64,000 nucleotides of DNA, from positions 12,338,001-12,402,000 of the forward strand of contig OZ176051.1 of NCBI GenBank assembly GCA_964247055.1, given 5' to 3'. Under the pieces are notes generated by a model that was given only the letters and a program-made list of their open reading frames with translations, did no database searches and was not told the origin of the DNA. A program made the position numbers and the translations under genes. Below, one piece after another: positions 28,189-40,938 of the stretch. Numbering within the stretch: the first letter of the stretch is position 1; each line of letters opens with the position of its first letter. This DNA is from Paragordius varius (lineage: Eukaryota; Animalia; Nematomorpha).

Positions 28189-29400
28189 TGTTGTTGTTGT
28201 TGCTATTGTCGATACCGACTAACCGCAACATTGAAAATATTACTTCTCCATTCATTGCGAATACAAGATCTGGCGTTTAGTTCGGATAATTGTTTGGTTT
28301 CTTTGAGGATGTTATCCATCCAATATGTTCTTCGTCTTCCCCTTTAACGAGCACCACTCACTTTTCCCAGCATCAGTGACTTTTGAAGATATCATAATGT
28401 GGCCAAAAAGGACAGTTTTTGCCCTATTAGGCTGCCCAGGTGACATTTCCGGATTAATTTATTTTAACATAGTGGCCCTAAGAATTTTGTCTGTCCATTT
28501 TATTTGGAGTTTCCTCCAAACCCATAATTCAAAAGAATTTATTAGTCGTTCGTCATACTTAATCTAATATTGATTTTTAGTTTAATTTCAATGTGACATC
28601 CAAATCTTGTTGAATTTGAAGCTTTTGCAATGGCAATTCTTCGTTTTATTTCTGGAGTAAAATTGTTGTCATTGTGTATAATGCTGCCGAAATACGTGTA
28701 ACTGTTTACCGTTTCTATCTGATTACCGTTGAGGATTATTGCGTATGTTGTTTGAGCCGGGTTTCGTATTACTTTTGTTTTTAAGTTTTTAATCCGTATT
28801 TATCGCATTCAGTTGTAAACTATTGCAGAGCTTGCGACAATGTGTTTACACTGTCCGCGAATATAACTGTGTCATCCGCGTAATAAACGGAAGTGAGTAA
28901 GTTTTCTGGCATGTTTCTTAGAATGGTTTCGAGATATGGGTTAAAAAGAATTGGAGATAAAACGCATCTTGGCGTAAGCCGCTTGCACCTTACATGAATC
29001 AGTTTTACCGTGAAGTATAGGCACTACAGCCGTGGATATTAAGTAAATTGAGAATGACGCTAATTAGACGGGTGATACTCCGAGTTGTTTTAGAGATGTT
29101 CGTAATTTAGTGTGTTGGTTAGAATCAAATGCTTTGGAAACATCGACAAAGCACATGTGCAGTTTTGTGTGGAATTCGATATGCTAGTATCCTCCTCATA
29201 TTGCCATATCATATCGCGATATCCTCTTCCTTTACAAAAACCAGCCTGAATCGTGGATATCTTGGAAGAATGGTATTTGGTCGAACCTGTATTATTTTTA
29301 GGAAAACTTTGGACACTTGGTTAATGAGCGCTATGGTGCGATATTGTCGCTCAGTTCTGGATTACCCTTTTTAAATAGGAATCATAATTGATTTACACCA
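28189..29400 (-). mobile_element. 5'-truncated RTE LINE with (CAA)n tail
   Basis: Minus strand gives FVDVSKAFD, SGLRQ…VLSPILFNPYLE, YYADDTVIFAD, NSFELWVWR and RRRTYWMDNI. It ends in caacaacaacaaca (plus strand tgttgttgttgttg at ~28189-28202). Confidence 0.85.
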
Positions 29401-30616
29401 ATGTGATGACTCGAGAAACCGTAAAATAATATATTTTGAGATAAAAACCAAACTATATGAAATATGCGATGTTTATATACTTTTTTTAAATATAATATTT
29501 ACATGTTAAACCAAGGTAAAATAACGTGTCCAGGTTAAATACAAAATTGATACAATAGTTTAATTCAAATACTAAAAGGTCATCAAAAATGTATTTAAAT
29601 CTAATATATAAATTTGTCTAGTCTAAGGTTAGCTAACTGATGTATTCAAATCGATCAACCAATCATCAGGAATAATTTCCATATCAAATATATTTTGGAA
29701 TAATTTGGTGGGTATATCGATCGGGCGCAAAAAATTCTCAAAACATATTTATAAATTAAAAGAGAAAATGTACCACAATTCTAATCATAAAATCGTGGAA
29801 TTATTATGAAAATAAGAAAATTCCGTAACTGATTAAACAGCCGTCAACGGTTTCAAAAAAATAATTATATATTTTTTTAAATACATTGTTAACCTTTTTT
29901 ATAATGTTCGAGAATTGTCCTTAAAATTTATTTAACAATTTATCATTTTCAATACTAAGAAAATGTAACACAATACTAAAATAACTAGAATTATTTTGTA
30001 CAAAACCGTTTTTCGTAACAATGACTTTTATTTTTACATAAATAAATTATATATATTATGTACATGTTAGTGGTCACAAAGATAACCTAAATAATAGATT
30101 TTGAGGTTGCAAATTAATTTATTATCATTAGATTAACGCCTATGTAATATTAAGATAACCTTTGCGTTAATTTCGCTATTATACGATTATAAATATTATA
30201 AACTAAAAATTTTAACACCCCCTAATTCAATGGTATTCAAGGTGCTTTTGATGACCTTGATTTTATTTAATATTTTGATGTGCTTACAGTAATAATTGAT
30301 ATACAGACAAAATGTAAAAATATAAAGACAAAATTTTTTTTACAAAAGACAATCATACTTTAACTTATCCGAAAAGATTTAATTACAATCGTAAAATACA
30401 CAATTAATTGTGTTACCAATTGACATTTCTATATTATACTTTGTAGTTTAAACAATAAATTATATTCAAAAATATCAAAATTAAAAAAGTCGAGTTGTCT
30501 TTTTGAAAAATATTCTTTATATTTTCAAGTTTTGTCCGTATAATTTCAATTTTTACTGTAAATAAATATATGTATGTTAAAAAGCTGCCTAATATTTATC
30601 AGTATTATATGATGGA

Positions 30617-30675
30617 CGGCCCTTGAAAAAAAATATTTTATAAGTCTCTCCAAACATTTTCGGTGAATACCACTG
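30617..30675 (+). mobile_element. Isolated hAT right-end fragment
   Basis: ggcccttgaaaaaaaatat…ggtgaataccactg matches the right end of the hAT at 52364-54710. No left end found. Confidence 0.5.
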
Positions 30676-31783
30676 TCCTAATTGGTTTAAGTATATTATT
30701 CTTCCTGTCCACGATAGCCTATATAACAAATATGATACATATTTCATTTTTAGTTTAGACAACACTTAGGTATTTACATATTTGCGCTCTCTATATGGAT
30801 TTTATATTTTTTAAAACATTAACAGGTAAATGAATTACATTAGTTAAATAAATATTACAAAATAGAAAATAAATTAAATTATTTAAAAGCATAGAGAAAT
30901 ATGTAATGTCCAAAGTTTTGTTATATTAAATCAAATTAAAATTGTTATTATATCACGTATGTATGCTATTGTAAAGAATTTTATTAAAAATATTGTACAG
31001 ATTTTCTTTTCTAACCTTTTCAAAAATTATTCTTTACTCTATATATTTATTAATTTATTAAATAATACATACTTACACATTAAGCAAAATTTTGAATCAA
31101 AATTCCTTAATCCTATACATTGGAAAATGCGGGTCGGCACATATCATCAAAGAATTGATTTTCTTATGGAAACCGAAAATTTGTATTTCATATGTTGAAC
31201 CCAATAATTGATCTTATTTTATTAATTTTTATATTATAGTTTTTATTGTAATCCTTATAAAAACATAAATAAATTAAAGATAATAATTTTTTAACCCTAT
31301 AAAGAACATTTATAGGGACTTAGCTATTACACACAGTTATAAATGAATAAATCTTGCAAACAATTATAAAAAATTATATACTAAACTAAACTATTAAACA
31401 TCGAAAGATATGGTACGAAAAATGTAATATATGACATTGTTTGATGTCGTTTGTCGTTCAATGTTGTCTATCAATAACTAAATTAAATTCTTTTCACTAA
31501 TTGGTATTTGTGTTCATACAAATATATAATTTCGTAATTTATATACATATATATATATATATATAAATATATTTCTGAGCGCAAAAATATAATTAATTTT
31601 TCCATTAACCCAGCACAATTATCGAAACAATGTTATAATATTTTTCCCTATACATTTTAATTAATTTTTCTAAAATCATTATTAACATAAATTTTGGAAT
31701 CTCTCATAAATATACTACACGATCTAAATTACATTAAATAATTGGTTTAGATCCGTAAAATCAAACAATAAATCGCAATTATT

Positions 31784-34700
31784 ATGCACAATAATTATAC
31801 CATTAACAAAAATCGACGAGCTGAAAATCCTTATTATGATATTAATAATAGCATAAATCATCACATGGTGAATACAACATTTTCCGATGGTGGCGAAAAC
31901 TCCAATTTGAATCTACATTATCATTTTCATCACATAAATTATTGTAACAATAAGGATAAGGACAAAATATTGAATCCTTGCATTAAACCGATCACACCAT
32001 TACCTGTTATACCATCTATTAGAGCAGAAAATCACTGTTTATTTCAGAGTGGGCAAATTGAATTCTGCAGGCCAAATCCAAATTATACCCCTAAACATGT
32101 GCCACAAAATACGAATGGTGTAAGCTCAACTCCTCAATATCAGGAGGAAAGGTTATTGTTTAAAAGTAGGAATGCCGATTTTTCAAATCCCAAAGATTAC
32201 CATAATAATAAGAATAATAATATTTGTATAAATACGGTAAATTGTTCCACATTCAATAATTATTTCTATAATAATTGGGAAGATCATCAAAAATTAAGTG
32301 CCACCACTATGTATCCATCCTCAACCGCAATCGATCGAATCAATTATTTAGTAACAAATTCGTCACACTCAAAGGCGTCAACTTATTCAAATAATTTTCA
32401 AATCCAAGAATTTGACAGATGTAATGAATCATTGTCGTTTGAACATATTTCTGCTCCATATATAAATAATAATAACAATAATTTTAGTTGCCAAAACGGT
32501 GAATACGAAAAAGTTAACAATTCGCCGTTTTGTGTTACGCAATATAAGCCTCTGGAATCGAATATGTTATCGTGTCAGTCACAAACGAATTCGATATCCA
32601 AAACGAAAGCCTTGACTGAAATTATAAAGGAAAATTCGGTAGCAGATTATCAAACTAAAAATTATAGAAACTATGATGAATCCTTGAACTCTTCTCCCAT
32701 GGTAAATTCTTATATAACATACTAACGATTCACTACAACCCTGATGAATAATTGTTAAACTGTTAATATCAAATTTTTGTGGAATCTTTTTATCTAAATT
32801 ATTAAGCAATTTATTTTGGATAACGTATAAATAGTCCGTATAAATTTGAACTATTGTAAAACAACACTTTAAATGCTTAATAATTATTATCCCCAGTAGA
32901 TTTTGATTTACGGACTAATATTTAAGTTTAAATGCCGCGTAATCAAGATTTAGGTTGAAAATTAACGTAACACTTCCATATAATTTTCATAACAATTATT
33001 AAAATATTTTAGATCCATGGCCCCTGCTAGAAAGATATGGTCATTCTTTCATAACTAGGCATTGAAAATTATATTAATTGGAATAATATAAATTCAATAA
33101 TCAAATTATACCATGATGTGTCAATTAATATGTGTATTCATTTTTAGTTATTTTAACTTTTTACAAAACAAATAGGGCTTGGTTGATAAAATTAGTGTTC
33201 GTTATAAGGATTGGATATGAAATTTGATATTATGCACACAAATATTTATTATAATCTAAAATTATTTTCGACCTGATTAATGAGAAACGGGATTAGCCAA
33301 TTATCAAATATTTGCAGAACTTTCAAGTGCTAACGTATGATATATATGAAGAGGCATATACGATAAGGAGTTACAGATTAAGATGCAATTAGGATTCTGA
33401 AATCAAACGGACGCAATGTATCTAAGAACAATAGACAAAATAGGAATAGTTATAATTTAGATTATTTATTAAAGTGTAATATGCATTTTTGTTATAAAAT
33501 TATCTAAATTATAGTGAATATTTCAAATAAAATCTAACGTTAATAAACTATCTTTGTATTCGGGAATGTCAAGTTTTTTTTTAGAAATGCCACAAATGTG
33601 GGGATTAGCAATTATTACCCAAATAGGGGTTTAATACAAGCCAATAAATGTATCTTTTAAACATTTTTTCAGAAAACGGGGATACCCCATTCAAAAGAAT
33701 TTATAATTAATTTATGAATGAGCCGAACATTGTCGAAGCATTTTTTTGAAGTCCCTGTGTTTAGCCGCTTCCTCAGTAAACTTCCAAAATCGATTTCCAA
33801 ACTATATCGTAACTACTGTTCGGATAATGTTTTTATTATAAAATGAGATTCAATTTTTTTTAAATTACACTAGTCGACAAATTTGGACATTTTTAAGCAC
33901 CACCACTCAAACTTTAAAATTATGACTAATTTCAGTGTTTTAAAACCGAATGTGAAATAATTTTTGATCCCGCCAATCAGAATATATTATAGGTTTTTCA
34001 ATTTTTCGAAAACAAGAGAAAATCGAGAGAAAATCAAATATAACTTTATAATAAAATGTTATTATATTATAAACTTAATATCATTTATTAAAGCGTTTTA
34101 AACTCTATCTTTTGAATATAAATATGTCATTTAAATATCAGAGAGAAAAAAATAGTACGGACTTAAACGTCAAAATTTAGTCTTTTTCTTTCAAGTGAAT
34201 TTTTAATACGTATAAAAAAATTTTAAAAAAATACTAAAAAAGGCATTCTATGGTTTTAACCTTCGGCTTTCAGATAGGCTATATTTTTTTGTTAGTTTTC
34301 GTTCTTTCGAGTTCTTATTAGGCTTTTTTTCTTGAGTTGGTTCTTACAAAAAATCCTTTATTTATACCTAGTGGATATACTTTATTTTTTAAAATTATTG
34401 GTTGTTTTGTATTTTTAATTTCAGATGGATGTTGTGTAGCCACTTTTAGTAGAATTTGCTATTATGGGATTGGACTATTTGTATTCTAATCTTTTTATTC
34501 AATTTAATTGTAGAATTTATCTAACTTTATTCTGTGAATTGGTTAATTTGACATGTCAATTTGCCTGGATATTGCTTGCAAGTTTTTCTTATCGGGCTTT
34601 ACGATTACTTATTGTTATCTTTGCCATATCTGGCATAATTGGATCGCTTGGGGGATATGAAGAGCTTGTGCAGCCGCCCGGATCTATCACATACATGCCC

Positions 34701-36118
34701 CTTTTAGATTTTTCTTTGGCCCTTAGCTTGTTTAGTATCTTATTTAATGCCTAGAATTTTGTTATTCATGCATGGAATATTACTTGTATCGACTTGTTCA
34801 TTTGAATATTTAAACATATGTACACGTGGAATGATTGTTATTTTTAAATTAAATACAAATTTAAAAATTAAATTTCGGAAAAATCCTATTAATAGCCTCA
34901 ATTTTCTTTTTTGTTTTGGCCTTTCCATGCCATTAGGTATCAGAAAATGCAAAAATAATGGGGTGGCGCAAAACCTTGTTGAGCAGTGTTATTTTAATAA
35001 TCATCTATTTAGATATCATAATCTAGAATATATAATATAAAACTACATGCAACCCGTCTTTTTTGCATCAAAAAACTAGTTTTTTTAGCGGGGTTCATAA
35101 TGTCAGTCAAGACGTATAAAAATATGTTAATATATTGTTTTGTTTAATTATATTATAAAATTTATTAATATATTCGGTTATAAACCGTTTAGGTTTCCCA
35201 AAAAATTTAATATAACATGATCTGATTTAATTTTGTGATTTAACGATACGGATCACCATAAAACTGGAACTAATTTTTTAAATGAAGTGGAAATCCAAAA
35301 GCGATGCAAATCCAGATAAAGAGAGTATTTAATTGAAAATGTTGTTATCCTTATATGCAGTGATAGTATAAATTGGCCTATGTTGTGATAATTATTAAAT
35401 ACATTGTCGAAAATATTTAATCATAATAATCATACAATCAATTTATTCAATAAGTTGCTGATATCTTATTTATTGTTTATATTTATATCACTTGTTTTTG
35501 ATTTCAACAAAAAAAATTTTGATGTATGTAACCTAATATTTATATCCATTTTGTTAAACAATTATTAGCATAAACCACCGTACAGTTATATAGCATTGAT
35601 TGCCTTAGCGATACAAGCTTCACCCATAAAAATGGTAACACTCAATCAAATCTACACTTTTATTATGGATAATTTTGCGTTTTATCGTTGTTCCGTGGAT
35701 ACCCAAGGTTGGCAAAACAGTATAAGACACAATTTATCGCTGAATGAATGTTTTGTCAAAATTGACCCTACGACAGTACTTCAACAACCCTCAACCTTTC
35801 AATCTGACATAAATGCCGATTATGAAGGCGGTATATTGAACACGTTAATTACTATGTTATGAATTTTATTTTCCAACTTAAAAGATAATCAATCTACTTT
35901 ATGCAGGCAAAAAACGCAAGTATGAAACCAATGATGGGATCAATAGCTATGGCCTCACATGCCCAATAAATGATAACAATGTAAATAGTACAAAAGGATG
36001 TTTTTGGACTTTGCACCCAGAAAGTTGGAATATGTTTGAAAATGGCAGTTTTTTAAGACGACGCAAAAGATTCAAAAAACCTCTTAATAATTATAATAAC
36101 GATAAGACTTTAACATAA
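31784..36118 (+). CDS. FoxC: Forkhead transcription factor, FoxC-like, ~463 aa; exons 31784-32701, 35569-35830, 35907-36118
   Basis: [40 protein letters not shown]…[20 protein letters not shown] and [29 protein letters not shown]. The [18 protein letters not shown] and [12 protein letters not shown] motifs best fit FoxC. GT-AG junctions are phase-compatible (0 and 1). Linking the Asn-rich 306-codon exon 1 is inferred from an in-frame ATG|gtaaat donor. Confidence 0.85.
33868..34988. mobile_element. 1121-bp non-autonomous DNA transposon with CACT..AGTG ends and TTA duplication, in Fox intron 1
   Basis: TTA|CACTAGTCGACAA…TTGTTGAGCAGTG|TTA; imperfect TIRs; second copy at 50610-51735. Confidence 0.85.
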
Positions 36119-36655
36119 TAAACAATTATAATTATAAATTAACCACAAAAATTATATTATGATTTATTGTTTAATAGCTGCATAAAGAAAATTTTATTTT
36201 TAAGTTGATAATTTTCACTTTTTAATTGGTGTTTAATTTTTGATTTATTATATAAAATTAATACACAACGATAATGGTAAAAAATTTCTTCAGAATTTAA
36301 AACAACGTTATTAAAATAGAACAATCATATTATAATTAATTTAGTTGATAGTTCTTTAAAGGTTAATTATATTAATATGTCAGTTTAGCGTTTTCGCGCA
36401 CATCCTAAATGAAATAAAAAAACAATCAAATTAAGTATGTGCATACATTTTCGATAATATTTACTTTACCAATCTAACTCAATTTTTCCATGTTTTAAAA
36501 AATATTTTTCAGCATTTTAAACAAGTATATTGCCTACTTTTATGTATTTTAGTTAACTTAGTATTGATTTAGCCAATATTGGAATTTGATTTAGGGACGA
36601 AATTTTATCATGTTTTAAACCGCTAGAACATTTAACTAATCCAATCAATAAAAAC

Positions 36656-37366
36656 CAGGGCTTCAAATCGAAACCACCTAGAACCGGACTGGTTCTTAAG
36701 ACTTTAGGAAGACGGGTTCTGTGTTTTTCAGAAACCACCCCGGTTGTATTTTCAAATTTTTAGGTAGAGGCCGTTTCCTGTCCATCTCCAAAATAAGTGC
36801 TCCCATATGTTTTTGTAAAATAAAATTTATTGTTTGTATTATAATTTGTATAAAAACTTTTTTCCAGTTTCCCTAGTGTGTTGTTTAAATATTATTGTTT
36901 ATATTATTTAAAAAACTTTTTTCTTGAATCCGATAGAAATGAACTAGGTCTCTACGCTGAATTTTATATTCTCGAATCTAAGTAGTGACGATCCTTGGTT
37001 CATCATTTTATAAGTTAATTTTTGTCCATAGATGCGATCGTTAATGCAAATACTTATTACTTACCTTTGTACTTGGAAAAATTGGCTGTTTCCCAATTCA
37101 TGTCGATTTGACCTACTGTTGTTGATATTTTTATTATTACAATAAATATGTTGTATGAAAATCATTTAATGTAAAAGGAACCAAAATGGAACCTAATCCA
37201 AATTGTAAACAACCTGTTACGAAACGGATTTTTATGTGATTGACGCGGTTTGAATTATTTAGAAATCACCCTAATAGTTAAATAATTATTTAAACTCATA
37301 GAATACAGGCCGATTCTCATCCCCCAGAAAGCACCCTGGTTCTGTTTCCACCGGTTCAAATCCCTG
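36656..37366. mobile_element. 711-bp hAT MITE
   Basis: TIR cagggcttcaaatcga vs reverse complement cagggatttgaaccgg; 8-bp TSD ataaaaac/agaaaaac; internal gaacc/ggttc motifs. Confidence 0.7.
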
Positions 37367-38488
37367 AGAAAAACCCTAAAGTTTCCTATTCACTAATGCT
37401 TATTAAACATTTTTAGGATGACTACACATATAGCTTAACAGGTCGCTATTTAGATATTTTAAAAATTCCACTGACGCATTTAAAAAATATAAATGAGCGC
37501 TTATAAATATTTATTAGATTTTAAAAAGACTATAAAAAATTTACGAAAGCATCATATCTACCACCAATTTTTGCTAGTAAATATAAAAAATTCTTCAAAA
37601 AATTGGTTTAAGTATTGGTTTTAAAATTTATATATAGCATATAGTACGGAAGTGGTATTTATCTATATACTACCCAACATGAGCCGAACATAATGCCTTT
37701 GAGGGTCACATGCAGCCAGTTGGTTGGATATCCCTGATTTGAATGCTTAAATATATTTTTTATTATGGCTTTAATTTATCGATTAAAAACGTATTAATGA
37801 ATATGTCATGTTTGATTGGGAAAGTTTTGAGTTTAATTGAAAAAAATAAGAGTGTGAAAAAAGTTAAACATCCTATTGTGTGTTCATCTTTACTAAATAA
37901 ATGACTTGGCTGCTCCCTGGTAAGGATATCACTTAATTCAAACGCGTGTTTTTGTTTTTAAGCTCGTATCGGGAAATCGGTGTGCAGAAAAAGAGTAATT
38001 AACCGTATTAAAATTTATTATCATGATGTAGTGTAAATAAATGTAACGTCTTTACAATTCTATTTTTTCTTTTAGTAAACAATTATTATTCTTACCAAAA
38101 TACGAATGTATGAGCAAGTATTTATGATACTTATGGCAGAAATTGGAGATTATATTTGGATAAGTTATGGAAATCAAAATATTCTATATTTTCGATCCTT
38201 ATATGTTAAAACATATGAATCATAAAAATTTAGATAAAAAATTTAAGTACGACTGCTGATGGAATAAAAAAACAAAAGATAGACAGCTAGGTTACATTTA
38301 CCCGTTTATTAGAGTGTTTGAAATTTCCGCCCAGGATTGTAGCTCATGAATATGTATTAAATTTTAAAAAATACCGGGATATACAGAAGGGAAAATATTA
38401 ATTTAATAAATCATTATTCAGTTAAAAACCACTTTTTCAAGCAAATACAATTAACAAAAGCACCATTATGGATTAGGCTGAATCAGTA

Positions 38489-38872
38489 TGTTTTAGAATA
38501 ATATGATGTAATATCAGCAAAATTAATAATAAATTTATTAATGAATTTTCGTTAGATTCCTCTAACTTCCTCGGAAACACAAAAATAAAATTAAAATAAA
38601 GATACAAATTAAAATTATGAAATATTTACTATATAAATAATGTAGATAAATTAATAAACCGACAAAAAGAAATCAATCATATCAACCCAATAACGCAATT
38701 TTTTATGAATAAATATACATCTTTATTTTTATAAAATATTTCATAATTTTAATTTGTATTATTTTAATTTTATTTTTGTGTTGATCCGAAGAAGTTAGAG
38801 GAATCTAACGAATATTCATTAATAAATTTATTATTAATTTTGCTGATATTACATCATATCATTCTAAAAGCA
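38489..38872. repeat. ~385-bp hairpin (arms ~150 bp, loop ~85 bp), probable foldback MITE
   Basis: ttttagaataatatgatgtaatatcagcaaaattaataataaatttattaatgaa…ttagattcctctaacttc is mirrored by gaagttagaggaatctaa…ttcattaataaatttattattaattttgctgatattacatcatatcattctaaaa. Confidence 0.85.
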
Positions 38873-39541
38873 ACATTTTTTCAAGCAAACGCTAAATTAT
38901 AATTAAGAATGTTGATTTTTAGCGCTCAATTATTAAAAATTTAGTATATAATTTTGATTGTTTTATATCAATAATTAATGGTTTGGTTATATAGTAGTAT
39001 AATCGCTGGTGTGAATATGAAATCAGGTTTCACTTTTTCTATATATATTGATAAATTTAATTGAAATATAAAATAGATTAAGTAAAATTGCTAAAACGTT
39101 TGAAGCTTATCTCATGTTTTTCGTCAATGATAAAATTTAATGGATAAGATACAAGTTTCATATTTTTACATAAAATCAATAATTAGCCTGTTTTAATTGT
39201 TTACACATTGATGCACGAGATAATTTAATTGTATTAAAAACGAATATGCAGCATATTTTGTTTAAAATTATTTTAACTTCAATACAAAAAAGCTTTTGAG
39301 GACCCTGACTTATATCAATAATAATGTTTTTGTTGTACTAATTTAATTAAACGACTAGTGTTTTATTTTTAATTATAAATTAATAAGGATCAAAAACAAG
39401 ATATGATAATGAACTATTTAAATTAAAAGAATTTCAATTAACCACGCATTTTGAGATCTATAATTTCTTGCAATATTGCAATACTGATGTATTCGCTAGG
39501 CTCCAATACCGGTTTTTGTGTTTTTGTAATGCATCCTTCAA

Positions 39542-40277
39542 CTATTTAATTGGTTTAGCAACATCATCCAAACTTTTCTGAAAAATAGCAGGATTAACAA
39601 CTGAAGGATAATGTATGATTTGATGACAAAATTGGCTAACATTAAAAATAATTGTGGGGGGAGAATTCTTAGCTTTTTTTAAATCGTGTTCAGCCGCGAT
39701 TCTATATATTGGTTCCTCATTTTTATACCACGACTCTACATTGAAATCAGGAAACATGAAAGATATTTCACTCCTGGCTGATTCGGGGGAATCTGAACCA
39801 TGTACTGCGTTCCGTGTATCCGAGATACCAAAACGACCTCGTATACTATCAGGTGCCTCGTATAAAGCTCTAATATAATTGAGATTAAAAAATAATTATC
39901 AATATGAACCTTTTTTCATGCAAAAATACCAAGTACAATTTTTAAGGTGTAAATTAACTTATCATGTTTTGTGGGTCCAATCAATTCCCTCCATTTTTCA
40001 ATTGCGTTTTCACGAGCTAATATGTGAGCTGAGAATGGAGAGCTAGTCATATATGCTATCAAACGGTCATAAAACGGCTTGTCTATAAATTTTAAAATTT
40101 TTAACTTTTGTGAATTCCATAAAACCTTTCCATATCTCCATTTGAAAATTGGGATTCTCTAGACTTAATTATAAAAAATTTGTGAAGGAGTATTATATAT
40201 TTAATTTCTTCTTTTGCATAGGGTTTAGCTACTATATCAGGTTTTAAAAGAACTAATGTCAATTGCAATTTTTTCAT
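39542..40277 (-). CDS. NME6: Nucleoside diphosphate kinase 6, 207 aa; exons 40277-40106, 40082-39959, 39869-39542
   Basis: Spliced translation MKKLQLTLVLLKPDIVAKP…RFYGIHKNKPFYDRLIAYMTSSPFSAHILARENAIEKWRELIGPTKHDKALYEAPDSIRGRFGISDTRNAVHGSDSPESARSEISFMFPDFNVESWYKNEEP… It has the NDK KPD motif, the catalytic HGSD and the NME6-type LQLTL, APDSIRG.FG..DTRN and FPDF…W motifs. Total 624 nt with GT-AG introns of 23 and 89 nt. Confidence 0.92.
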
Positions 40278-40359
40278 TAACAGACGAATTAATGTCTATG
40301 TTATTTACATATGAAATTTTACTAAAAATACTTTTTATGCATATGACGAAGTTAATTAA

Positions 40360-40938
40360 CACTTGGATACAACGCACTTATTTTAGTCCTTCGATTCAAA
40401 TTGGGGTAGTTAGATACCCCAGGCCTGTTAAAAAATAAATTCTTTAAAAAATATAGAAGGAATCGAAACCATGGCAAAATTTTGCACTTATCTAACATTA
40501 ATAAACCGATATATATAAAAAATTTTATTTAAAAATACTTGATATTACTTGTTTTAAGCTAAAACCGAAAGGTAAAAATTTCGTCAACGTGACATGTGTT
40601 AAATGTAAAATTGAAAAATTATACAAACTAAACCGCTTTTTCTATTTCTATCAATGTTAGATGTAATTAATATAAAAAATTAGGTTTAGTTTACCCTTAA
40701 AATTAAATAAAGACGATATTTTGCAAAATTTTGTAAAATAAAAATGGCGTCGAAGTAGTTTGAGATGGACTTTTTTTTTCAAAACAAAATTTTATCAAGA
40801 TATTTTGGCATATTTATATAATATTTCTCAGGATAGAAGCATAAATTTAAATTGGGACCGTTTCCTTCAGTAGTTTTTTAAAAATATTAATTTAAATTTA
40901 GTCTGGGGTATTTAGATACCCCAATTTGAATCGAAGTG
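40360..40938 (-). mobile_element. piggyBac-type MITE, copy 2, ~80 bp upstream of the NME6 start codon
   Basis: TTAA|CACTTGGATACAA…TTGAATCGAAGTG|TTAA; reverse-complement homolog of 13996-14571. Confidence 0.85.

Noticed and set aside
34464-34754. Hydrophobic ~100-aa ORF open in both CACT-element copies (also 51193-51501); the IIGSLGG stretch is vaguely ND2-like
   Set aside because: The copies differ by frameshifts near the start and by compensating frameshifts near the end. T-rich strands readily give F/I/L-rich ORFs, so there is no good evidence of a protein or a NUMT.
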